Part shown: piece after piece, positions 37,164 to 50,160 of the stretch
How the letters are laid out: every line of letters begins with the position of its first letter
How positions within the stretch are numbered: the stretch's first letter is position 1
Assembly: GCA_964016885.1 (NCBI GenBank)
Contig: CAXHJY010000562.1
Span: 1-64,000 of the forward strand
Length of the DNA: 64,000 bases
From: Eledone cirrhosa
Lineage: Eukaryota
Direction of reading: 5' to 3'
The notes under the pieces: generated by a model
The model's database searches: none
What the model was told of the DNA's origin: nothing
Seen by the model: only the letters and a program-made list of their open reading frames with translations
Made by a program: the position numbers and the translations under genes

Positions 37164-37618
37164 TAGATATACGTTATTTATATTATTCACAAACAAAGGT
37201 GATTGTTTTATGAGCAACTGCTAATTGGTATTCTAGGGTTCCACGACCCATTAGCGCCAGAAGGGCGGGGCGACATATGTGAGGAGATATTGGGCCCACG
37301 TGAGTCTAAGGAATTAAAAGAATATAGAGAGGAATTATTCATCTCTTTCTCTCTGACACAGATGGTCCGTGGAATACAAATAACCCCAAATTTCATCCAT
37401 GTCACGTGGGCTTTTAATTCCTCCGCGTAACAGATTCAACATGGCTCCTTGGTGTTCATACAAGAATGTATCTCTCTCGTTTATTCTTAACACCTTTGAA
37501 AAGGAGTTTTATCTCTAAGGTAACATTTCATTATCTTTGTTATGCTACTATATTTATTTAAAACAAAACGTAATAATGACCTCGGCTTATTTTGAAGACA
37601 TTACATATAAAGATTGTG

Positions 37619-37885
37619 GGGCGTGTGTCCAAGTGGTAAGAGTGTTGGACTTATGATCATAATGTCGTGGGTTCGATCCCAGGACTGGGCTGTGTTCTTA
37701 AACAAAACATTTTATTTCACGTTGCTCAAGTATACTCAGCTGAAAATGAGTAACAGCAACAGCTGGGGAGTTTAACCATGCGATGGACTGGCGTCATGTC
37801 CAGGGAGGTAATTTTGTACTCTGAGAAGCTTCAAGCCACGAAAGCTGGGATGAACACTGACCTGATGGCCCCCTGGAGCTCGAGA
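37619..37885 (+). mobile_element. tRNA-headed SINE with CORE-like domain
   Basis: ccaagtggtaagag...GGTTCGATCCC...aacattttatttcacgttgctc...gcgatggactggcgtc. Confidence 0.75.
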
Positions 37886-38480
37886 CAGATTTTAGAGAAA
37901 CATATAAAGACTACTGTTTATTCAAATAACCCTCGTTCTATGAGAAGACTGGGGGGGGGGGGGTAGCTTATGTGATTTAGGTGTAACAGGAAAAATGGCT
38001 GCAAAACGTATTTCTAGAATTTCAGAATTGCATCGTTTGTAAACGTAATTGCAGTAGACAGAAAATAACGATTTCAAGAATATATCTATTTAAAAATGTA
38101 TCAAATTCTTTCACAGATTAATTCTATCATTATATAGAAAAAAGTTATACAAATTTAAAATCTCACAAGGATTCTATAATGACCCTCTGTGTGTGTGTGT
38201 GTGTAAACCAACTACAGTGATTTGGTTTTCTGTATTTTCTTTATCAAACTAAATTTATCCATAAAATGTCGACTTTATTCTAGATATGTAGCTATCGACC
38301 TTCAGATTCCTATTGGGAATCGTGTTTTTGTTGTTATAGACACATAGGTAATTAGATAGACACTTAGGTATGTGTGTGTGTGTATATATATAAACAAGAA
38401 GTATAAGTCAACAAGTTAGAATTAACTTCGTTTATTCATAGTCACTATTATATTTCGGTGATAACCGTTATGCAACAGCT

Positions 38481-38544
38481 ATACAAAACATCTTATACAA
38501 AACATCTTATACAAAACATCTTATACAAAACATCTCATACAAAA
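38481..38544. repeat. 14-bp tandem repeat ATACAAAACATCTT, about 4.5 copies
   Basis: Direct reading. Confidence 0.9.
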
Positions 38545-38756
38545 TCACTGAGAGGTAGATCCCAGTAAAGTAATCTAAAATAAGAACATTTTACAAACAT
38601 CTTTCCCTGGGGATAGTCTTAGTTTAGCAATCTAAAGCTAGGTCTCACTAAATTCCTTTACGTCAGTTTCTAAGATCAAGAAACAGTACTGACTATCCCA
38701 ATAGCTTGACGCAGTCCATCCTGCCGGAAAATCTTTTCCTCAGGATTTCTGTAAGG

Positions 38757-38906
38757 CAGTGGTTTCCAAAGTGGGTTCCACAAATGAGTGTCTGGGGTTC
38801 AATGAAAAAGGTAGTGAAGTATATTTATATTATGACCATATAACAGTATTAGACTTTGGGGTTCCCCAAAAAGGGTTCTGTGTTTGTTAAAGTTTAGGAA
38901 ACCCTG
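38757..38906. mobile_element. hAT (Charlie-like) MITE with a perfect 8-bp TSD
   Basis: TSD CTGTAAGG at 38749-38756 and 38907-38914; TIRs CAGTGGTTTCCAAAGT and AGTTTAGGAAACCCTG. Confidence 0.85.
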
Positions 38907-39804
38907 CTGTAAGGTATAAAAAAAATTATATAAACCTGTTGAGTGATGGGAGTTCATCTTCATCAATCTTTGATGGTACAAAAAAAAAAGAAAATTACAA
39001 GCATGCGTAGATCTAGTAACGAGGTAAATATTTGAATATATGAACAAAGTGACGAGTCTAAATTGCCGTTAGAAATAAGTCAATATAAACCGTTTATCAA
39101 CTTGACATTTAAAGAGCAGCAAATATCATAGATGAGAGGTAGACAAACACACAGGATGGGTAAATAGATATATAGATAGTTATGTTTGCCAAAGATAGGT
39201 AGGTAGAACATAGGTAGGTAGCTATAGATAGTCGTTCTACTGCTGACCAACTCGTGAGAAAGGTAGGGACAAAAATATGAAATTATTAATTCCCAAACAA
39301 ACGTAACACAATGTGGTTGCCACATAATTCATGTCTTTTATTATAATAATGTTTTTTGACAGCAACAGTAGATATTTATATTTAACTATAGAATTGTACA
39401 AGGTATATAATATACAGACATGTCAACTCTCCCTGTCCGAAATGGAAATTTGTAATAGTCTTTATGTGTGAGAGATTTCTTGTGAAAATGGGTTTAGCTT
39501 TCATTATATAAAATCTCCCCATTTTGCCTCATTTCTCCCCATTTCTCCCCATTTTGGAGTACTTTTTTTTTCATGGTACTCCCCTTTTAGAGGTTGGCAG
39601 GTATGAATATATTTCATGTATTTGAAATACTTGTATGACAAACGTGAGGTAAGTATTATATATAATAAAATAATATACACGCTATTATTTGAGTTAAAGT
39701 TTCCCCTGAGGAAAATATTGTGGTCTACCAATAATATTGTGTGTGTCTGTGTATACAAACGAAAACAGTCATCCATACATTTTGGATAGTATATATAGGT
39801 TGGT

Positions 39805-40038
39805 CACTCGAGCAGACATTACTTCATGTCATTGGCACTAAAGTGTGTGTCTTACTCTTCTGGTGTCCTCGGCCCTAGGGCTACCTCCCTACTCACCACC
39901 ATAGGTGCTGAGCTGGCCAGCCGCAGGTGTGAGCCTTGCGAGTTTCAATGGCTCTTCCAGCGCATCTCCCTTACCATCCTCCGGGGAAACGCCTTCTCCA
40001 TTCTGTCCACCGGGGCTGTAGAGAGGCCACAAACATGA
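39805..40038 (+). mobile_element. CRE-clade non-LTR fragment (C-terminal restriction-like endonuclease region)
   Basis: SGVLGPRATSLLTTIG...WLFQRISLTILRGNAFSILST resembles the CRE C-terminal pattern FQRLSxxIxRGNAxSILxT. Confidence 0.7.
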
Positions 40039-40129
40039 TTACTTAACCCTTTCCTTACCATATTTCTAATGGCAAACAATATGAACTGAAATATAATCCT
40101 TCCGGTGTCCTCTTGTCAGTTAACACTCG

Positions 40130-40184
<55 letters not shown>

Positions 40185-40483
40185 TTTCCGTTCTCTCTCT
40201 AAAGACGCACATATTTAGGGAGAAGCTCTCTTGTACTCGTAGGCTTTACTAGTACTCTAATCAACGGAGTAGAGTACACATGATTTCATCAATTGAAACA
40301 GTCAGTATTTTCCTAGTTTAGTACACACAAATCCACGACTAAGCTCGTACATAGGAAATGTCAGGATAATGCCTATTTTATCTAGGAATTGTAATGAATT
40401 CCGTGTGTATGTACATACATTATTCTGTGTACTATACATGCACCTTTGATGAGTTGTAGTGCACCTGAGCACTGTACACACTA

Positions 40484-40537
<54 letters not shown>

Positions 40538-40725
40538 TTTTACAGGACTAGAACTGTTTCATTCGGATAAAATCATTACGGATATTCCTGATGATTGTAT
40601 GTCATATCTCTCTTTCTCTATAATAAAAATGCCTATACTCTACCAATGTATTGAGTACCTTTCTTAACTGTGGTTATCCCTCGACACAGCTCGAGAATCT
40701 ACATACATATATGTTACTATAGATA

Positions 40726-40822
40726 CAGGGTGTCCCCCCAAAAATGTATACACAATTTGATTACATGTACAGGCAATATTTATTAGATTGCTGTTGGAGT
40801 TTGTATACACTTTTTGGGACAC

Positions 40823-40826
<4 letters not shown>
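40726..40826. mobile_element. Tc1/mariner-type mini-MITE
   Basis: TA-CAGGGTGTCCCCCCAAAAATGTATACAC ... GTATACACTTTTTGGGACACCCTG; second copy at 44736-44838. Confidence 0.8.
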
Positions 40827-40876
<50 letters not shown>

Positions 40877-41721
40877 GTGTTTTCGTGGAATTGAATTAAA
40901 ATTCTTAAACAAATTTTCCAATCAGGCCTTTTGTTGTTGTTCATGGGAAATGGGCGTTAAACGATGATATATATATAAATAGTAATCTTCGCTTTCAAAA
41001 ACGTTTGAAAAATATGCATTGTTATGTGGGAAGCCTACAAAGGAGTGGTGGTGGATTAAACTGTAGTTTTGATGTTTTAAAAAGGGTTTTAGCTCAAGTT
41101 ATAAAATACCAGGAATGTATTGGTGTGGTGAAAATAAGTTTATTCTATAATGTCTATAAGATTACAGAACTAAATATTCAAAACCAGGCAGTCAATATAT
41201 ACAAGTATTGTTTAGGAAAAAAAAAAATAGTAGAATTGGTGGCAGCAATTTATCTTTACGTTATATTCATGATTTACAGAAAATTGAATCTACTTAACAC
41301 GGATTTTGCACACTTGAATAATAAAAAAAAGTGTTTTTCATAATTAAATTAATTATTGTCGAAAATAATAATTTATCGGAAATATTAAATTTTGCAATCA
41401 ACAAACTGTAGTTTCATCACAAACTGACTACAATTAAAACATGGCAGGATTTCAAAGTTAATCTAAAGTCTGCTGCTGTTGTCATCGTTTAACCCTCAAG
41501 TCAACTGTAATCGTACAGTTCTATGACCAAAGGAATTCTAGCTATGATTATCCCATTTTTATTTCAGTTACAGTGTATCTATGAATATATTAAACTTTTC
41601 TTTTTCTTAAGACTGTGTGGTATGGTGCAATTTGTGGGAGTTTCAGCTGTTATATCTAGCTGATCAAATGACCATGTAGAAGTTCACAATGTTAAACCGA
41701 AAAATATTTGATAATGATTAT

Positions 41722-41972
41722 TGCGAATACAAGCGGTGGAAATGGGGTCCTTCCGAAGGGTCTTTGGAGTAACGTTACTTGATACATTGTGTAGTTCGGA
41801 GATAGAGTTGCTCCAGGTAGAGCTGCTACAGCTCTGATAATTTGGGTGTGTAGTTAGAATGTCTCAGGAAAGAATTGCTGGACAGATTTTATGGGCAAAA
41901 CCAACTAGCAGAAGACCCAGGGGTATAACCTGAGCAAGATGGTTGGATAACATCCATGAGCTCGGCTCATCA
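41722..41972 (+). mobile_element. Decayed RTE (Rex3/Expander-like) C-terminal fragment
   Basis: RIQAVEMG...VTLLD and VVRMSQERIAGQILWAKPTSRRPRG; same family as 26983-27277. Confidence 0.7.
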
Positions 41973-43288
41973 TAAAGTGGGACACACTACCAAAAAAATT
42001 CAAGGCAATTTTAAAATTAGGCTTGCCATTCAGAAAGCCTAAGGAGCCTCAGTTTGTTGATGATTGGAATATAGAATAAGGAAAGTATTATGTTCACCTT
42101 CTTCATCTACACGAGGAAGGAGCCCCGTGGGGTGGCTGCTGCAGTGGCTGTCTCTGGCCATTCTCTTTAGTAATACTTTTGCCATTTTGTCCACTAAGCA
42201 CAACTGATGTAGTTACTGTCCCTCTCCTTCTCCCTTTCTTTTGCTGCTTGATTCTCTTTTCTTTTTCTCCTTTTCATTTTCTTTTTTCTTCTTCCTTTTC
42301 TGTTCCCCTTATTAGTATTGTTTTGTTTTTATTAGTTACTGCTCAATTATTGTTATATAATGTCAATGGCCTTTTTATGACATTGTAAAATGTATATTGA
42401 ATAAATTAACAATTTCTCTCATAGGGCACTATAGTTCAGTTGTTTTACATTAGGCCATACCTGATTTAGCTGAGCTATGGTCAAATGCATTCCAGTCAGG
42501 ATTATCCTGTCTTTTGGTATATCTAAGACTTTGTGTTCTTTCATTTTTTAAAAGATGTTAGGGTGGAGGTTCTCACTAATTTGCTTTTTTTAAATATTGT
42601 ATTCACCTGTTTTAGTCAACTACCAAATACTATATCATGCAAAAATAAATAAATTGCCATTTTAACCCTTTTGTGACCATATTTCTGATGAAATACACTC
42701 TATCTCAATTAATTAATGAAGAATTTTGATAGATTTAATAAAATTAATAAATATTTCATTACTAAATTTGTAACTTAACATATCGTTATTAAATACAATT
42801 GTTAGATTTTAATTCTAATAGGAACTAATATCCGCATTGGGATTTGAACTCAAATTGGAGAGAGTCAGAGCAAATACCACAAATACATTAACAGCAAGAC
42901 TCCTCAATCAATTTTGACAATTAACCTTCTTGATACCATTTTGAGCCAAGTTGGTATCAAGAGAGTTAATTGCCAATATTGAACGAGAAGTCTTGTTGTA
43001 AATGTGGTTTTTAGTCTCTCTACACTTTGAGTTTCAAATCTTCATGTGGTTAACTTTGCCTTTCATTCTTTTGGGGTTAAAGAATTGTTAAAGCATCATA
43101 CAGGATACCTTATCATATCCAGTCAAGCTCTTTGTATTCTGAGTTCAAGCTCCCGGCTTCTCAACTTGAGAAAAGTGATTATGCTTCTTTCAGAAGTTTC
43201 GACTGACAGATATTACCAGTAATGGAAAGACCAATGGAAACAGTTTCCTTGATTCAATCTGGAAGATTCTCTTTTTTTTTATATTTTA

Positions 43289-43813
43289 CTAGCAGTAAAG
43301 CCCGGCGTTGCTCGGGGTCGCTCAGTAGCTGTGTTAAAGTTACAATGTTAAGTTTCTTTTTTGGCTTAAAAACTGTAGTGTCTACTGTGCAGACTTGCAT
43401 GTGGTGTTTTTGATTAATATTCCCTCAACCAACAATATGCCTTATGAAGTTAAGAAAACAACGATAACCCGAATGTTATAACAAAAGAGGATGCTGGGGA
43501 TAAAAACTGCACTGGTTATTTATTAACAAAGATCGAAAATGTAAACACTGCAACGCAGAGAAAAACAACGTAAGACGCTCAATGTAAACAGAACAAAGGG
43601 AAATAACTCGTCACTTACGCTCAAAAATCGATACATTAGATTCGATTTCGTCACATAGGGTGGGTCAATTTGAAATATTTTTTTTCCGATGTCTTCGCTA
43701 GGGCTCAATGTACAAGTATAGCAATTTCGGTGCAATTCTGTCAGAGATTCTAAGAGGAGATGTGTGCCAAAAATCGATAGACAGACAGACAACCACAGCT
43801 TTATATATATAGA
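43289..43813 (-). mobile_element. Non-autonomous Helitron
   Basis: Minus strand: A|TCTATATATATAAAGC...(GTCT)n... hairpin CCCGAGCAACGCCGGG ...CTAG|T. Canonical TC and CTAG ends in an AT target with no TSD. Confidence 0.85.
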
Positions 43814-44102
43814 TTAGCTGTTATAGGCTGTGGCCTTAAAGGGATTTAATTGATCATATCAACCCCAGTACTTAGTTTCAAGTCTGATTACATAGATTAT
43901 TGGTCTTTTTATTGAACACTAAGTTATGGTACACACACACTCACTCATTTTCTCTCTCACAAAATGGACTTCTGCATCTTCTACCTACCAAAGTTCACTC
44001 CTGTTGCATAGATCATCTCTAAGCTAGTAGAAGATACTTGTCCAAGGTGCCGTGTAATGGAAGTGAACCAAACACCTTAACCACACATGCCTGTGCTTAT
44101 TT

Positions 44103-44295
44103 GGAGGTCAGCTGAAAAGTTCTTAGGCTGATTATGAAAGAGTGATGCTAGAGCTGTGAAATCTTGCATGCATTACTTTCAACTCTTCTTATAACTGCAT
44201 TGTTTCTTTCCAGTGAATATGTTGAAAATTAAACTTCATTTGGTCATTCCATGAGAGTATCTTGGTCACCCTATGAACTTTTCAGCTGACCCGTG
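44103..44295. mobile_element. Mariner-like MITE
   Basis: TIRs GGTCAGCTGAAAAGTTCTTAGGCTGA and TCACCCTATGAACTTTTCAGCTGACC. Confidence 0.75.
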
Positions 44296-44408
44296 TGTGT
44301 ACACATACATGCACACACAGACACAGACAGACGCAGACGCTGACACACACAGACACACACACACACAGACAGACAGACACACAGGCACGCAGACACAGAC
44401 GCAGACAT

Positions 44409-44443
<35 letters not shown>

Positions 44444-44632
44444 GGCACAGGCACACACACAAAGGCACAGGCACACAGACACAGACAGACAGACAGACAC
44501 ACACAGACAGACACACACGGACAGACACACACGGACAGACAGACACAGACAGACAGACACAGACAGACAGACACAGACAGACAGACACAGACAGACAGAC
44601 ACAGACACAGACAGACAGACAGACAGACAGAC
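44296..44632. repeat. Compound (CA)n/(CAGA)n microsatellite
   Basis: Direct reading. Confidence 0.95.
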
Positions 44633-44735
44633 AATAGTTGAAACAGAAAAACCCCAAAAAACGAGGAAGTGAAGAGGCAGTACAAAATGTTAATATTAGT
44701 TTCACATTTGAGAGTGGGGTATATATATATATACA

Positions 44736-44838
44736 CAGTGTGTTCCCCAAAAAATGTATACACACTTCAACAGCATTCTAATAAATATTGCCTGTACAGG
44801 TAATCAAAGTATGTATACATTTTTTGGGGGACACCCTG
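44736..44838. mobile_element. Tc1/mariner-type mini-MITE, inverted relative to the copy at 40726
   Basis: Same TIRs; interior is the reverse complement; followed by TA. Confidence 0.8.
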
Positions 44839-46112
44839 TATGTATTTATGTGTATATATGTATATTCAGAATATTTCGATGCTAGCTGCCAGCATTTGCC
44901 AATGAGGGTTTCGTGCTTAAGGCTAGCAATTTACTAGGTGGGGTGGGAGTTAAGTCAAATATATCAACATCTGTACTTAACTTGTATTTTATTTAATCAG
45001 CCTTGAAAAGATGGTCAAAATTGGCTTCAGCTGGAATTGAAATTAGACTGTAAATATCTGAAACAAACACCACAAAACATTTTATTATATTTGTTCAACA
45101 CTCTAACAACTAATGAGAGCTTAAGTTCTACATAACACACACATTGTATGTCTGTGTAAAAATAAATATTTAATTCTATACATATGTCCTTTATAAGCAC
45201 TCACAGACAAGCAATGAAGTGACAGGTGTAAAGAGAAGTATTGCATGTGTAAAATGTTTATATAATAATATCATGAGAGAAAGAACTTGACCTCAGAAAT
45301 TCACCTCAAATTAACCTGTTTCATATATATATATATCTGTGTGTGTCTGTATTATGAAAACAAGTGATGAGTTGTCAATCAAATATATTTATACAGTCTG
45401 TTTAAAAGAGTAAGAAGCCAAACATGATGTCAACTATCATGTCATATATTCTTAGAAAGAAATATACTAAGCCCAGTAATATGGTTATTTGTTTCTGCTA
45501 ACTTCACTGTGGATAAAATGATTATGTATTCATTTTTCGGGTTGGATGGTATTCTCTTTCGAACATGTTTCTCCTGTTGGTTTGTAGTTCATTAAAAAAG
45601 ACATTGCCTACCTCTTGGTACTAATTTTCTATTTCATAATGTGCATTTTCTCATGTTTCCATTGCAAATTGGCAGTTGTTAGAGCCATAGAGTATTTATT
45701 CAGGCTTTCAGCAATCTGAGTTCATATCTTATTGAAGTCAACCTTGCCTTTCATACTTTGAGTGGATAAATTAAAGTAAAAATTAATAACAGACAAAAGA
45801 CAATTGAAGAGATTCATTATTGTAGAACTAGTGAGTGCAAATCCTAGTGTGGTTTATTTGGTGAACTTAATCCACTTTACACTAATACCATGTACAAGGG
45901 TGTCTTTAACTGAGTCCACTCTGAAGGAAACATTAAGACCATGTCTTCTGTTTGAGGATATCTTCCCCACTTTATGCACAACCATCTCAGAGGCCCTAAA
46001 AAGGGTCAATGTCATTACACTTCCCCACCCAATCAAAAGAAAAAATAATACAAAAATAATCAAACCAACTTATAATATTCTCTATATTTCACCATTTACC
46101 ATGCTGGCATGA

Positions 46113-46310
46113 ATTTAGCATTTACATTACACTATTTACTATTGTATTTTTATGGAAAAGGCTTTACCTCACATAATATCGAATCTGTGAGATTTTAATA
46201 TCTATTTTGAGAACAATACCTTGACATCAGTATGAACTGCTTGTTACAACCAGTTTGAACAGAAAGAGGTGAGAGAATTCTGGCCAGATACAGCCGGTAT
46301 AAATGCTAAA
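46113..46310. mobile_element. piggyBac-like MITE copy lacking its outer termini
   Basis: Body matches 51370-51599; TTTAGCATTTA...TAAATGCTAAA retained. Confidence 0.7.
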
Positions 46311-47477
46311 TAATTAAGAGTGGATGATTTTTAGAATCCCATCTTGCTCACACATTCCATTTTTGGCATGGTATCTACAGCCAAATACTTTCCCTGACAC
46401 CATCCTCTTTACAGAACATGCTGGGTCTTTTCTAAAGTGGCCCCAGCACTGCAAAGAAACAAGAATTTAAAAAAAGATTTCAGTTGCTAACATTTTTCTT
46501 ATTGGTTTGTGATTGAAAAAATGTTTTTTAGTATTTCTGGCTACTAATTAACTCCTTGATAAGGTGTGAATTTTCTCATTTTGCCATGCTTCCAGTATTG
46601 TTAATACTTCCTTTTTGGAGCTCTTTCTCCTCCTCGCCTCTTCAACACTACTTTTAATCAACTGGCGTTCCATTTGACATTGAACACAGACCAGTCTACT
46701 TCTGTCTGTCAATCAATCCGTCAATCTCTCACCATTCCTTTTGTGCAGCTCTTTTTAAAGTTATTATTGTTGGCAATTTATATCTGTGTTGGTTTTTATT
46801 TTATTTTTCATGCTGGCATTGATATTGATTGGCTGGCTTACTGGTTCTCTTATCTAGTTCTACAATATTGAATCTCTTCGATTGTCTTTTGTCTGTTATT
46901 AATTCTTCTGTCATGTCTAATAATAACTCCATTCCATATATTTCTTGACCTAACACACTACCTCAGCCTTCCATACAGCCATCAGCTTTTAATCTTATTA
47001 ACCTTTTCTCTATGACTTCTCTAACTTAGCATTGTCCCAGCTATTATTGAAACAGCTAGTTTTATGTCTTTCAGGTTATTAAAACTACCAGACTGTCACT
47101 CCCAATCGAGTATGACTTGGTAGTGTTAACCAGGCTTTCATTTCTGCCCATGCAGTCACAAGCAACCACAGATACCCTCTCAGCCCACTCTTTCTTGATC
47201 CAGTTGAACACCTAAGATGTGATAGCTGGAAGGGAAGGTTACATAAGTTCTAGGCTAATATTTTCTTCATCAAACCCCAAAAGATGAAAGGCAACATAGA
47301 CCTTGGCAGGATTTGAATTCAAAGTACAACAGAGCAGGAATGAACACCCAACTCTAGCGACCCTGCCAAATTAACATCTTCAGCATATACTTATCTACAT
47401 TATATAAAGTTTTCCGATTTTATTTTTCCTCAGACCGCTACATTAGGCTACATGCCTTCACTATTTTTCCTGATATA

Positions 47478-47570
47478 TCATCATCATAATCATCGTTTAA
47501 CGTCCATTTTTCCCATGCTTGTCCTGCTGTGAGCAATGCCAGGTCAGGTGACCATGTCTTGCTCGTACAG

Positions 47571-47573
<3 letters not shown>
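47478..47573 (-). mobile_element. RTE-family 3' end abutting (TA)n
   Basis: Reverse complement ends ...caagcatgggaaaaatggacgttaaacgatgattatgatga. Confidence 0.7.
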
Positions 47574-47608
<35 letters not shown>

Positions 47609-48180
47609 CGTGGGACCCCATTTTCTCATAATACAGAAAGATGGGGAGGGCAAGAGAGATGGAGGTGATGACAGTGGGAGTTTGGTTCTTGTGTGTTCAG
47701 AGCTGGTGTGCAGCATCAGTTGTCTGTAAGGAGATAGTGATTCGTGAGAAAGTTATATTACTATTATCAAATAGTAAAGTTATATTACTATTATCAAATC
47801 TTAAATTGTATCATACTCTTCACATATATGCACCATTTCTTAGAATTGTCCTTGTACTAATTCTAGTGTCCTTAATTAGGGCTGAGTAGATAATAGAAAT
47901 TTATCAAAAGTTAAAATCTCATTCAAGTACATTACCACATTTCTATTGAAATACACTGTGTATGTGTTTCAATTAATTTTGAAACTAACCAAACATTTTG
48001 AGGAATTTAGTAAACATAACTAAATTTTCCTCAGGAAGCTGATACATGAAACATTATTTGACAATGTCTTACATAAAATTATGTTGGAAGGTTTTAATAA
48101 TAGTATGGGCAGTTTTATATCATAAAGCAATTGTGATTTCATGCCAAAATTTCAAAATGTGATTTGAATGTGATATTTCT

Positions 48181-48211
<31 letters not shown>

Positions 48212-48724
48212 GTTGTTGCCATTTAATGTAAAAAAGAAGAAAAAAAACTCTAGAAATAAACCAAACAAAAGCTTATGTATAATTTATAATAAAATGTTAT
48301 TAATAAAATAAAATATATTTTTTATATGAAAATATGTTCTGCATTATTTTCTCAAAATTGTGTACATTTTATTGAACATATTTTATTTTTAGTTTATTCT
48401 TTTTTTTAGTCATTTTTTTTAAAGTCATTTTTTTTTTTAGATTCAATGTATGTATTTGTGGATATGCACATATTGAAGATGTCAAAACAAACTGTAGGTG
48501 CTAGCATGGCTGTGTGGTTAAGTAGTTCACTTGGACTCAATATGAAGACGAATACAAACTATATATATGCTCTATATATTGAACATCTTGGAAGAGATGA
48601 TACTGCCATTAAAGCCAACTAGGCAGCTGACTTGAGAACAGACCTCAGAGAGGTGCATTACTAAACCTTAAGGTTCACAATTTTATACAGATTTGTATAA
48701 TCAAATATATATTTCCTGTGATCA

Positions 48725-48951
48725 TTAACCCTTTAGCATTTATATTACTCTATATATACTATTGTATTTTTGTGGTAAAGGCTTTATCTTGTATAATTAT
48801 CTCACATAGTATCGAATCTACGGGATTTTGATATTATTTATTTTGAGCACAATACCTTAACATCAGTTTGAACAGCTAGTTACAGCTGGTTTGAACAGAG
48901 AGGTGAGAGAATTCTGGACGGATACGGCCGGTTTAAATACTAAAAGGTTAA
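48725..48951. mobile_element. piggyBac-like MITE with TTAA TSD
   Basis: TTAA-CCCTTTAGCATTTA ... TAAATACTAAAAGG-TTAA. Confidence 0.8.
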
Positions 48952-49589
48952 ATAAATCACTAAACAGCTTTGTTGCATAGCAGTGTTGTGGAAATATCCA
49001 AAGCAGTGTAGAGGTTTGCGTGGTCTTATGACCTGTAATATGATTTGGCATGTGTGAGTATGGACTGTGTTGTAGAAAATGTAGGCTTACTAATTATTTT
49101 AGTGTCAAAAACTAGGTTTGTCAGCTTACCAAACTGTAAGTTGAAAATATTCTATTTTGGAGAAGGAGGCACACATTGTATAGTTAGCTTAGTGTGCTAA
49201 ATACTCACGTGCTGGCTGTTCCTTTTGACACTCACTCCTCTTCGGATCATACTACAAGGCACATTTGCTTTGAAAAATGGAGACCATGTAGAATGGAATG
49301 GAAAAGATTCTTTTACTCTGCAAGGGTTGGGCTGAGGAGGTAGGCTTCTTCTCTAGTGCTGATGTTATAATATATTGTGAATGGTTTGTCAATCAGAGAC
49401 AACATAAATCTTGTTTTGGATATGACAACTTCTCTAATGCTGATGTCACAATAAAATGCATCCAATACACTCTATTGACTTATTGGTATTAAGACATTCA
49501 GGCATAGAAACCATGTCAAAATTTAAGCCTTTCAATATTTAATTATCTTTTTAGTTCACTTCTGTCACTATGTTCTTTCTTATCCCCAT

Positions 49590-49890
49590 AAAAATACGTC
49601 TTCTCTTTAAAAATTGGGATTATCACTCCCGATTGCCATTGCTAAGGTGCCCTTCCAGAGATCTAGGGCACCCAGCACACACGAGTCAGCCAGAGAATAC
49701 CTTCTCTATGTAAGGTCTTAAACATCTGGGGCCAGATTTCATCTTCCCCAGCAGCTTTGTCACATTTGAGCTCTTTAAATGCTCTTGTGACCTCAGCCTC
49801 CGAGAATTTAGTCTCCGCTCTGAGATGCAGCTCGTGTACATCTGAAGTTGCTGTTGTGATCGGGTTTAGAAGACTAGCAAAGTATTCTGT
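49590..49890 (-). mobile_element. RTE fragment covering the pre-RT and RT N-terminal region
   Basis: EYFASLLNP...SEAEVTRAFKELKCDKAAGEDEIWPQMFKTL...WLTRVC...WQSGVIIPIFK. Confidence 0.75.
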
Positions 49891-50160
49891 CATCATCACT
49901 ATCATTGTTGTTTTAACGTCCAATTTCCTTGCTATCAAGGGTTGGATGGCTCTACATAGACCAAGTCAGTACTGAAGCAGTGCCTACTAATCTCCCAAAC
50001 AAGCCAGGGATCTGTCATTTTGCTTATGTATGCTCTCTCATTCTCCCTTGTCATGTCTTTGACACAACTGAGGTTCCTCCCAACACTTTGTTTGGCAAGC
50101 TTTCTACAACAGGATGCCCTTCCTATCACCAACCACATTACAGTATGTACAGAGTGCGTT
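49891..50160 (-). mobile_element. Decayed RTE 3' UTR, or RTE-tail SINE
   Basis: Reverse complement contains tgtggttggtgataggaagggcatcc...ggacgttaaaac and a (GAT)-like tail. Confidence 0.6.

Noticed and set aside
38425-38480. Minus-strand GGT-TATC-ACC-GAAA hairpin resembling a hammerhead 3' half
   Set aside because: The CUGANGA core is missing.
39415-39605. hAT-like MITE (CAGACATGTCAAC...GTTGGCAGGTATG)
   Set aside because: TIRs are imperfect and there is no matching 8-bp TSD; too weak to list as a feature.
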